Positions 1 to 12,000 of a DNA stretch of 64,000 bases are shown in pieces. The stretch is taken from assembly GCA_905178155.1 (NCBI GenBank), contig CAJINV010000020.1:744001-808000 (forward strand), read 5' to 3'. The position numbers and the translations under genes are program-made. The notes beneath the pieces are model-generated. The model was not told where the DNA came from. It made no database searches and was given only the letters and a program-made list of their open reading frames with translations. Within the stretch, counting starts at the first letter, position 1, and the number at the start of each line of letters is the position of its first letter. This stretch comes from Amoebophrya sp. A120. Lineage: Eukaryota > Protista > Dinoflagellata.

Positions 1-1
1 T

Positions 2-3000
2 GACGCGCTCTTGGCTAGTACTAGCAGCCAACCAAGTGGCGCGTTGGCCTTGGCGGGTGTACAAGTCGGACGTGACTGCGATGGCTTTCTTCAGTACGAA
101 GTTCTTGGTTCTTCCGAGCCGACAGTACTCCCTTATTACGAAAACGCCACAGACTACTGCATCCAGCTCACCTCGTGGTCCGAGGCAGTGGCCACGAATG
201 TAACGCGGACTTTCAAAATGACTTCCCCACAAAGCGGCCAAGGGCTTGACTGCGATGCAAAGCACGCACAGCTGGAAAGGGTAGCACTGACACTTTTGAA
301 GCTTGAGCCGGTAGTTCAGTGTAGCAAGTACGTGGAAATCGATTGCGAGGGGTACTGGCGGCTCACGCGTGTGGAGGACCACTCTGGTAATAATCAAGAA
401 ACGGAACTATCCCAAACGGAAGCCAATCTCGCCGACGCGCAGAGTGCGGCGGGGAACGAATGTTCGAAGGAAGGGAGCGTGCTAACCGTGACGGACGTGA
501 TACGCTTGGACTTTGTGCAAACAGTACAGCCGCGGAACGCTGGAGACAGCTGCGCAGTAGTTTCCGGGGGGAGTATGGACGCCAGCGGCACGCTACTTCC
601 AGTAGAGGTCAACTGTGCTGATCACATAGTGTTTGATTGCGTTTGCAACCACGGGAACCCCGGGCCGCCGGCTCCGGTGTCTAGCGAAGGGAGCTGCACG
701 GTCGCCGGCCATCAGAATTGCGAAAGCTGCACGACCGAGGGCTACAAAGTAAAAGACGACTGGCCGAGCACAGGCGAGAGGGGTTGTGTGCCGACGTGTG
801 GCCCACTTCCGCCCACGTGGGACGCGACTTCCGGAACCTTTTACCGACAGGGCGGATACGAAGACGATGACTACTGCCCCATCTTCATCACAGAAGGAGA
901 TGCACGCGCCGACGCGATTGGTGCCGCATTGCAGCAGGCTGCTGCCGGACAAACAGGACAGTCTGAGGAGGTGCAGAGGCTGTGCCTCTTTGGTGCCCAC
1001 ACCGAAGCGGACGCGGTCCCGAATTTGAGCTGCTACAAAAAATTGAAGAGCTGCATCGCCCCGGGTCGCACGACCCTGCTCCAACTCGCGGCCCATGACC
1101 GTAGTGGGTGGAACGAAGCCATTCTCACAGACGAGAGCTTACTGCCTTCAGCCTCCAAGATTCCACAAACTTCCTATCCCGGCTGGGTTGAGTCGCTCTC
1201 GTGCAAAGTGAGTGGCACGCCGCAGTTTCGTTGCGAGAAAGCCGGGGAACCACTAGAGATCGCCGGATGCGCGGCTCTGGCTCGAGCCGCGTACTGGTTC
1301 CCGTTGCAGCTCACCGCCGACCGCGACACCGCGGTGGAGGACCTGACCAACAGCGAAGCACTGAAGGAGGCCGTGCTAGACGGGTTTAAAACTTACCTCA
1401 GGGAGAAGCTACCGGGGTCGCAGGACTTGAGCGGATATGCGTTTGAAGTGACACTGGAGGTGAAGGACCACGGAGCTGGTGACAGCAGTTCGTCGTCGTC
1501 CAGTTCTTCCTCCTTCCTGCAGTTGCGGTTTTTGCAGCAGCAGAAAGAGAAACGCAAACAATCGGAGCGCGCACAGCTGCGCCTGGAGCGCATCAAGATG
1601 CACATCAGGCGTCGCGCGAGTACTGGTCAACACGCCGGGGGGCGGGCCCAAGAACATAAGGTTTTGGCACGACATGGGAAAGAAGAGCTACGAGGAAAGA
1701 AGAGTGCGCCGAATGCTCAGGAGTCTCAGCAGGTGCAACTCGAGGCCAAGGTCGAGGTCGAGGCGGCCGAGGACGCCGCCGTTGCCAATGTGAGCAGCGC
1801 TCTGTCGGCGGCGGGCACCGACGCGGCAGACAGCGACGACGGCGCAGCGGTGCCGACCAACGTGGCGGCTGCTTTGGAAAGCAGCGTCAGCGAAGCTGTG
1901 ATAGTGATTGCGAACTCGGCGGAAGAAGGTGCCGCTATTTCGGGTGTGCAAAACGTCGGCTCAGACTGCGAGGGTTCGCTCGCGTGGCGGGATTTGGGCT
2001 CTTCCGTGTGGGTTGGCACGCACGCTAAGGCCGTGGAGCTCTGCGAAGGTCTCGGCTCGTGGGAGGCGGCCGAGGCGACGACGTTCACCCGCACGTTCAC
2101 AGTCACTGCTGAGGCGACGGGGGCTGGGAAGAGCTGCACTGTTGTAGAGGGGGAGGTTGAGGCGGAGATGAAGACTGAACTAGGAGAAGAAGTATTCAAT
2201 GAGCAGAGTACAGTCGCGTGCACGGACCATTTGGACGTCGATTGTGTCGGCGTGTCGACATGGACGCTCGTAGGGAGCGGCCCCAGCGTTTCGTATACTA
2301 ACGCCGAAGCCGCCAAGCAATATTGTCGAGAAGATGATGGTGCGCAGGTGAGTGATACCTTTACGATGACTTTCACCGGAACAGATCAGGCGAAGAATGG
2401 TGGGGAGAGCTGCGACGCTAAGAAAACGCGTCTGGAAGATGCGGATGCTGATGCTCCTGTCGAGTGCAGCGATCTCACACCCGTGGACTGTGTCGGCGTG
2501 TCGACATGGACGCTCGAAGGAGGCGACCCCAGCGTTTCGTATACTAACGCCGCAGACGCCGAGCAATATTGTCGAGAAGATGCTGGTGCGCAGTTGAGTG
2601 ATGCCTTTACGATGACATTCACCGGAACAGATCAGGCGAAGAATGGTGGGGAGAGCTGCGACGCTAAGAAAACGCGTCTGGAAGATGCGGATGCTGATGC
2701 TCCTGTCGAGTGCAGCGATCTCACACCCGTGGACTGTGTCGGCGTGTCGACATGGACGCTCGAAGGAGGCGACCCCAGCGTTTCGTATACTAACGCCGCA
2801 GACGCCGAGCAATATTGTCGAGAAGATGCTGGTGCGCAGTTGAGTGATGCCTTTACGATGACATTCACCGGAACAGATCAGGCGAAGAATGGTGGGGAGA
2901 GCTGCGACGCTAAGAAAACGCGTCTGGAAGATGCGGATGCTGATGCTCCTGTCGAGTGCAGCGATCTCACACCCGTGGACTGTGTCGGCGTGTCGACATG

Positions 3001-6000
3001 GACGCTCGAAGGAGGCGACCCCAGCGTTTCGTATACTAACGCCGCAGACGCCGAGCAATATTGTCGAGAAGATGCTGGTGCGCAGTTGAGTGATGCCTTT
3101 ACGATGACATTCACCGGAACAGATCAGGCGAAGAATGGTGGGGAGAGCTGCGACGCTAAGAAAACGCGTCTGGAAGATGCGGATGCTGATGCTCCTGTCG
3201 AGTGCAGCGATCTCACACCCGTGGACTGTGTCGGCGTGTCGACATGGACGCTCGAAGGAGGCGACCCCAGCGTTTCGTATACTAACGCCGCAGACGCCGA
3301 GCAATATTGTCGAGAAGATGCTGGTGCGCAGTTGAGTGATGCCTTTACGATGACATTCACCAGAGAAGTGGACGCGAAGAATGACGGGGAGAGCTGCGAC
3401 GATATGAAAACGCGCCTGGAAAATGAGGCTAGCCCGGTAAGCTGCGAGAATCTCACGCCGGTGCATTGCGAAGGTGTATTACGGTGGGAAGCGGTCCTTC
3501 AAGACGGCAGCACGGAACAGAAGAGTGCCAGACCCAAAGCCATTCAGTTCTGCGAAACTGCGCAGGCCGCGACCCTGGAAACCACCTTTCAACTTGTTTT
3601 CGTGCAGACGAGCCTCACCGGCGGCATGAATGGAGGAACCACTTGTACAGACAAGGAGGACCAACTGCGTGATGCAGCTTTATCCGAAGGGAGCGCCGAT
3701 CCCGTGAGCTGCAGCGATCACAAACCCGTCGATTGCGCCGGGCATTGGGAACTCTTCGAAGATGAGGATGCCGAAGATCCGAGTGGAATATCATACGCAA
3801 GCCTCACCCTCGCGCGCACCGAAGCGATCCAGCAGTGCAAGGCTGCTGACCCTCCCAGAACGGTGGAAAACACTGTAAAAGTGGCGCGCTTCAACGTGAC
3901 GCAAGTGCCGCTAAACGACGGGCGGATCTGTGCGGACCTCAGTCTTCCGCACAACGAAGGAGCTGACGGCTCGAGTGTGGTCATCGACGAGGTCGGTAGC
4001 GTGCTACAGCATGCTGTCGCCTGTGCCGACCACATCACCTATTACATTTGTGTTTGCAGCAATGGAAACAAAGATGATATTAACGAGTCCTTCTGCAACG
4101 GCACGGATTACCAGCACTGCGAAAGCTGTGACAGTGGATACAAGCAGAAAGAGGACTGGCCCGCCGGAGGGCAGACTGGCTGCGCTCCCAAATGCGGGGA
4201 CGCGCCCGCTGCATGGGATCCGATGACAGGAATCTGGTACGAACTACAGCCTTCACGGTCGTCGGAGGATTATTGCACCGCGTACCAACACGTTTCGAGT
4301 GATCTTACTGTCGCCCTCGCTGAAGACGATGACTCACGAAGCACCGTGCGGGAGGCCTGTGAGGACGAGTGCTACACACAGAAGCGAACTTGCCTACCAG
4401 TTCCAGCAGAGTCGCCTTTCCGCTCTCAGGCCGATTTTAAATTATCCCCCACAGTAGACACGACTGCATGGCGAGATGCGCTTGTCAATGAAGACTTTGC
4501 CGCTGTTGCCGAGAATTGTGCGGTCGGGTACAGCGGTTCGCCCTCGTTTTCGTGTGACACCTCCGCAGCAGCTTCGGGTCCCCCGTTTCCTCTGAGTATG
4601 ACTGGTTGCGAGCGGCTGCCGTATGCGGAGTACACGTTTCCACTCCAGGTGAGGATCGTTCAGGGCGCGGGCTCCGGCCCCGCAAGCGCGCAGGACCTCG
4701 TGGAAAATGTCGACTTCAAAACGGCTGTAATAGACGGCTTCCGAGCGTATCTCAGCAATTCCGCTTCTATTTCGGCACAAGACGTGACAGTCGAATCGGT
4801 TTCGCTGACAGGCGCATCTGCGAGTGCTAGCAGCAGTTCTTCTTCCTTTCTTCAGGTGAGACGAACAGCGAGGCAGGCGCGGAAAGAACACGTCGCGCGC
4901 GAGCATGCAACGCTGCGGCTCGACGAGAAGGTACAGCGTCGAACCGGAAGAAGTCGAACCCAAATCAAGAAAATGCAGCAGAAGGAGAAAGTAGCCTCTT
5001 CCGTGGGCGTAGCAACACTGACGGCCGCCGTCATCGTTAGCGCCTCGACGGCTGCGGGGGTAAGTTCCGTCACAACTGCGCTGGGAGCCACACCAGGAAC
5101 GCCCGGCAGTTCTTTGACCGTAGGGAACGCCAATGCGCAGGCTGGCTTGGTGAACAGTGTTAGTACAACAATCGCCGCTTCGGGGTCAATTCCTGGCGTG
5201 GCAGTGGGACAGGACTGTGAGGGGAGTCTGGAATGGCAGTTGACCTCGGACACAAACGCCCAGTGGTGGTCAAGCCATGCGTTAGCCGTCGCCGAATGCA
5301 AAAGCCTCGGCTCTTGGACTGATGCAGTAGCTACAAGCTACACCCGCAGGCTGAGAGAAACTGTCGCGCAAACGGGGGCGGGGAGGACCTGCGACGTTGT
5401 CGAACAAGAGTTGGAGGCCGATCACAGTGCGAACCCCCCGGCGCAGGAAGTTGTTGAGTGCGAAAACCACAAGGACATTGACTGCGAGGGACACTGGCAA
5501 GTGACGCTAAATAGCGAAACGGTGAGCAACTTGGCCCTCGCCGATGCGCGGACCAGGGGAATCAGCGAGTGCTTGGCCACCGACCCGGACGTCGCGCAGG
5601 GCGTTAGCAAGCAGCTGACCTTCGTGATCACCGAGCAGCCCCGGAATGACGGCACTACTTGTGCGGAGTTAATCACGATGAACTTGAACAACGGCGACCC
5701 ACCCATAAGCAACGAGGCGCAACTTCAAGACACAGTGGCCTGCCAGGACCACCGGCACTGCCACGGGGAGTTGTGGTGGGGTCAGAGTGCAGGAGGGATA
5801 TGCGGTGCGGGCGTGCAAATGTCTGATGCAATAGAGCCGGGTGTCTGCTACAAGTCGCGCACCGACGCGATCGATTACTGTGAGGCGCAGGCCTACAATA
5901 GCCCCACGCCCACCAACGTCTTCGCGATCCGGTTCCACGAAACGTTTTCTCCCGTCGGAGATTACGCTGAAAACTGCGACACGGTGAAGAACGGCCTGGA

Positions 6001-9000
6001 GAGCGCGGTGGCGGAGACCGGGCAGGTGTCTTGTGCAGAGTATGCGCACTGCAAAGGGATCTGGAAGTGGGGAGATTATGAAAGCCAGGCTGCCGCGATC
6101 CAGGCCTGCGTGGACGACGGACCTTTTTATGACGTGCACACCCGCGTGTTCGTTGAGGTAGCTGGTTCGGCCGGGATTCATGGCAAGGACTGCACGACAA
6201 TTCGGGATGAGGAATTGGACTCTGCGCCCATCAAAGACACGCAAAGCGAAGTACGCTGCGAGAACCACACTCCCCGGGACTCGGCGTACCAGTGGGTGTG
6301 GCCGGCTGGCCTGGCATCGGAGGGGAATCGAGAAACCGCGTGCAGAGACGATTCCACTTACAACACCGACTTGGACTCCGAGATTTTGCAAGTTTTCGAG
6401 TGCGTGGATGACAGCTTGGTGGCGAACACCGGGCGCGACTGCGCTACGTTAGAAACGGACACTGTCGACGAGCGGGAGAGCTTCTCCTGCTGGCACCACA
6501 TCGTGTGGGACTGTGTGGGGCAGTGGGAGCACACGGATACCACGCAGAGTCCCCCGGTGCTCACCGCAATGACGCCGGCTGAGGCCGAGGCCAAATGCAA
6601 GGAAAGCGTAGACAACTTTGACGACGAGTACGAGTTGACGTTCCACGTAACCCAGCCGCAGCACACCACCGGCACGAGCTGCGCGATAGCAGCGGGCGTA
6701 GTTCCGAACGGGGACGGAGACATCGTGAAGACGGTACTGTGTTCAGAGCACACTGAACGCGACTGCACGGGCCAGTGGGTCTGGGAAATCGACGGGCCCA
6801 CCTCGGAGGAGGACGCGCAGGATAAGTGCAAAGAGGACGATGTACCGATCAACACCATATATGAGCAAACGTTCGAGAAGCTGCTGGAGAACGCAAACGG
6901 AGGCGACAGCTGTGACACGGTGGAGGCGGCTATGGTAGGGTCGAAAATAATCGTGGACTGCAACGATCACAAGCCGGTGCATTGCAAGGGAGAGTGGAGG
7001 TACGACCCTCTGAGTGTTGGAGCTCTCCTGGAAAAGGCAAGTGTGGAGAACTACTGCAGCGTTGGCAACGAGGAATTGTATGATGACGTATTTGCCGCGG
7101 AAGCCTGGTACTCAATTTCCACCGAGGTCCGAAATGGCGGAGATAATTGCGCGACCGTGCAGAGCAACGCCGACCGGCCGGCCGACGTTAAGTGCGAGGA
7201 TTTCACGCCAGTGGACTGCGCGGGGGAGTACCAGTGGAAGATCAACGACACCCACTTTGTCCAAGACCGGTCCCGTATGGATGTGTCAGGATCGAAATCG
7301 ACAAAGTTGAAATAATTTGTGATGCATAAAACGGATGCCAGTTGGAGCCCACTTTCCAAGCGGCGCATGACAAATTTGGGTAGAGCCGAAATCCAGTTTG
7401 TAGTGCTGTTTGGGTAAGAAAGACGCCTTTTGTCATGCTGCTTTAGCAGCTCTATGTCTACCCCTGAACAGGCTTACAATCGGCCTCCCTTGCCTACTCT
7501 GCAAAACAGGCATTTTGTGGGTTGCATTTTATGCATCACAAACTATTTCAACTTTGATGATTTCAAACCTGACACATCCATATCCCGGGTCGTGCAGATG
7601 TGTGCCAACAGCGAGCTGGCGGAAAGCGCGATGATCCCGCACGTTTTTGTGGAACGGGAGTGGACCATCGGGGCGTTGAGCGGAACCGGGAACAGGAACG
7701 GCGGTAAGAGCTGCAGTGCCTTGGAATCGGAGCTGAATCAGGAACCGGATCTCGCCTGCGTCGACAATCAAAAAGAGCCCTGCGTGATTGAGTGGCAGTG
7801 GCCGGCAGCGTACGGAAACTTCGCGGCAGTGGAAGAATACTGCCGCCTAGACACCACCGACGCATCAACAAGCGTGGAGCAGATATGGGTCCAGACCGAA
7901 GCGGCAGAGAATGGCGGAATGACGTGCGAACAGGTTGCACTCGATCAGATTGGGACCCAGAAACAAACCGTTTACTGCCTGGCCTACAAGCCGACTCCCT
8001 GCGTGGGTAGTTGGGGGTGGGGGGATGACCACCCGACTTCCGCACTGGCGGCGGTGGACCAATGCAAAGCAAATGACTACGCAGACGGCCTGAACAACGA
8101 GATCTACCAGCAAACTTTCGCCGTGTCCGCGAACCCTACAAACGGGGGGAGCGATTGTGCCACAGTGGCGGATGCTGCCCAATTCGACCCCCCCAAAGAA
8201 GTCCGGTGCGCCGATTACGTCCCCTGTGTGGGGACCTGGGACTGGCCCAGCCCCTACGGAGACAAAACACAAGACGAGGTCATCCAGGAGGCGTGTTTGA
8301 CTGGTACTCACGATCCTTCAAAAGAGATCAAGCAAGTTTTCACCGTTTCGCGGGAAAACGGGACTCTGGCCGATCCGACCTGCGAGCGTACGAGGATGAA
8401 AATTGTTCTTGTCTGCGAAATCAATTCGTGCGAGGATGGAACAACGTGTAGAAGAAGCTGCGAACAAATTACATGTTTTGGTTGCTTGTTAAAGTCGTTT
8501 TTTGCCATGCGCGCATTTCTACTATGTCGTTGTGGACCGACCTTTGTGCAGTTGTGATATCATGCGTGTTGTAGTGCCGATGTTTTCATTCGGATTCGTG
8601 GTACACTTTGATTGACGCAGTGTTACTATGCGTGCCTTTTATTTTGATTCCCAAAGTCACGACGATGTCACCGATCTGAGAACAATTTTCATCCTGATAA
8701 AGAAGTTGCGAACCGATACATGGAACGAAGACATGCGGAAGGTGGATTGTGAGTCGCACAGAAACTGTGCGGGGGAGCTTCGCTGGGTTTCTAATCTTGA
8801 GGGCGCAACCGAGTTTGACAATCATGCCGCCGCAGTGCTGCACTGTCAAGGCTTGTTCGATGACTCTAACTTGGGTAATCTCCCGGATCCAGCGGATCTT
8901 CCGAATTTAAAGAGAACCTTTCACGTTCTGGCGGACGCAGCCGGCGAAGGTGGCAGCTGCGCGGACCTGCAGCTTGAGCTGGAAAGAGCCGCAGATACGT

Positions 9001-12000
9001 CGAGCCACGAGGATGTGAGCTGTGCCGACTATCAGCCGTGCGTGGGATCCTGGGACTGGCCCGATGAAGTGGGCGGTACGAAGACCGGCGCCATCGACAA
9101 GTGTCTGAATGACGCGGATTACGCGAGCCAAACGGTCAGCCGAGTCTGGGTGGAAACCAGGGCTAACGGACCGATGGGAAGCAGTTGCGCAGATGTGAAG
9201 GCGGAACTCAAAACCCAAATCGAGACGAACCAGAACTTCGCGGTCGACTGCAGCAACCACAAGCACTGCTATCCCGCACAGAAGTACACCCATAGCACCA
9301 GAAAAAACAGATAAAGAGTCAAACAATATACAATTTGTGTTGCGTGACAATCTTTTTCAGTGCCTCCTTAACTCGATTGTTAACAGGGAAAAGAGCGCAT
9401 GTGCCGCTTATACATAGCTGTATTTAACAAGAATATTTGGATGAGCATGCCAGAAAGTCACCACACCATCACCTCTGTCTTGTAGTATTCGACGCATTAG
9501 CGCTAGCGTAGTTCTTCTGACGCTATATCAAAATCACTGTTGTACTTCTTGTAAGAACCGTGAGAGACATATTTCTATCCTGGGGCTATTAGTGTGCTAC
9601 TTTTCTGGAGGATAAGTGCGCCAAGATGTTCATTTGGAGAGAGAATTCTAATGAAGTCGGGTTCCTCACCCGTCAAGCTGCCATTGACGGATGTTTGGCG
9701 CTGGATGCAAATGACAGCGTTGCGGCGGGAAATTTGGTTCTCGCCCGACAGTGGGGTACCCAAGACGGTTCTTTAGGGAACCATCTGGGAGCTGGGACGA
9801 AATGCTGGGATCTAAAAGAAGAGTTACTAGCGGCGCAGCCACCGCCAGGTGGCCCCGTTACTTGCAGAAATTTCTTGCCCTGCAAAATCAAGTGGATTTG
9901 GAGCCCCGACCACGCAAACGAGAATGACGCGATCGACACGTGTTTGGCGAACCCGAGTCTGTCGACGAGCGGCTACGTGATCCAACAAAATTCTACCATT
10001 ACGCGCACACGTGGAGCTAATGCCGACAGCAGTATCGCGTGCGTAGAGGAGAACACACGCAGCGAGGTAAACTGTGCCGACCACTTATGACATTGAACAA
10101 GCATTACCCTCTTTCTCTTTCCCGGAATAGACAAGCAGGCGTGCGTCTTTTCTTTCTATGAACCGTTGATTATGTATGTCTACGACCAGCTACAACACTA
10201 GGCGAAAGCATGTGTTGCAACGTCACAGTTTGACATTGAGTTTCGAACTGAGGAGACGGTTCATGGTTCCATGTTCTCGTGCAGGTCCTGGTCAAGAAAA
10301 AATAAAGAACAGATCTGCAAGAACATCCACTTCATGATTCTAGCACACATAAGTATCCGTCAGCCTCAGGGAACCAGCAGAGCAAGACCAAGAGCATTTC
10401 TTGTTTTGCTTTTGTTGCACTGACTATTCAGGGACGAGGACCGAGTTAGAGGGTGTTTTTCAATGTGACAGTGGCGGCACTGCGTTGGGTCCCTGAAGTG
10501 GGTGTACCAGAGTTCCTCATTGGATACCTTCGCCGATGCAGAGGCGTATTGCCGTCTCGCCGACGCGCGCCACGCGGCAGCAGGAGGATCTTCCGGGGGT
10601 AGCAGCGCCGGGGTCGGGGAGGTGCTTATCAGACAGTTCGTGAAGCAGACCGACGAGGTGGGTAGCTTCGGCACCTCGTGCGCCACGCTCGAAAGCGACC
10701 TGGTCGCCCAGAGCAACTCTGCGTCGGAAGGCGACGTGACTTGTACGGAGTACCTCCCCTGCCAGGGCGAGTGGGCGTGGATCGACTACGCCAACGAGGA
10801 AGCCGCGAGAGAGGCCTGTCTCGCACTGAGCGACGGTGAGAAAGACACAACCGTTTACCGGCAGACCTTCAGGCAAACCCGACCGGCGGGAACCAAAGGC
10901 ACCCCTTGCGACGCGGTCGAGGCCGCTTTGCCCGGCCGCGGAGAGGTGCCCTGCAGTGGGCAACGCGATTGCGACGGCTACTTGCAGTGGGGCGGCAGTT
11001 TCACGGATAGGCAGGACGCGGAGCAGTTTTGTCACGACCAGGCGGCGCTGTGGGTCGCAGCCGGTAGCGACCCGTCCAATTTTTCCATGCTACCTACTCA
11101 AACACGCACCTTCGTGGTGACGGTGTCAGCACTGGGCAGTGGGTTAACGTGTGCAGCAAAAGAACAGCAGCTGATCACGGATTCAAATGGAGACGTCCTC
11201 TGCACGTACTACATTCCCTGCCAGGGCGTTTGGAAGTGGGGACCATACCTGACCGTCGAGGCGGCGGAGGAAGGCTGCAGAGACGACGCGCCAGCAAACT
11301 TCGACGACATTTACGAGCGTGACTTTACTATCACAAACAACCCCGCCGCAAACGGGAAGAGCTGCTCTGTGGTCCAAGAAGCACAGCTGGCGGAAAAATC
11401 GGAGACGGAACGAAACACCCCTGTCGTCAAGTGTAAGCACTTCACCCCCGTAGACTGCGAGGTCGAGTGGTATTGGCCGGATGGTCAGGAAACGAAAGAA
11501 AAACGCGAAGCTTACTGTAGGGCGAGCGCAGTAAAGGAAGACGAAGTGCTCAAGCAGCTGTGGCGTGAGGTCGCCCCACCCCTCAACAACGGCGCCAGCT
11601 GCGAGGATGTTGCGAACTCAGACCAGCAAGCTGGCGTGCCCGCGACCGAGGACTGCCACCCTTTTCACGTCGACTGCGAGGGCAGCTTCCAATGGGCCCC
11701 GGACCACGACTCGGCACAGGCGGCCCAGGCCGCGTGCGCGGCGAGCAAGGGGATGCAAGACGTCGTGGTGCGGCAGAACTGGACGGTGACCACGGAACCG
11801 ACCCGATTCGGGAAGACCTGCGAAGTTGCCGAGCAAGAGACGACGGCGACCCCGTTATCCGTGGGGTGCAACGACTTCATCCCGCTTGATTGCCTTGGAC
11901 AGTGGGTCTGGCCCGCCGGCGGGACGTTCGACGAGCAGGCGGCGATTGACCAGTGCGAAAAGGACCCCAGCCTCGGGTTGGACAGCGAGGTCGCGCAAAT

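Noticed and set aside
2180-3466. 428-aa repetitive minus-strand ORF
   Set aside because: Antisense shadow of the 246-bp tandem repeat.
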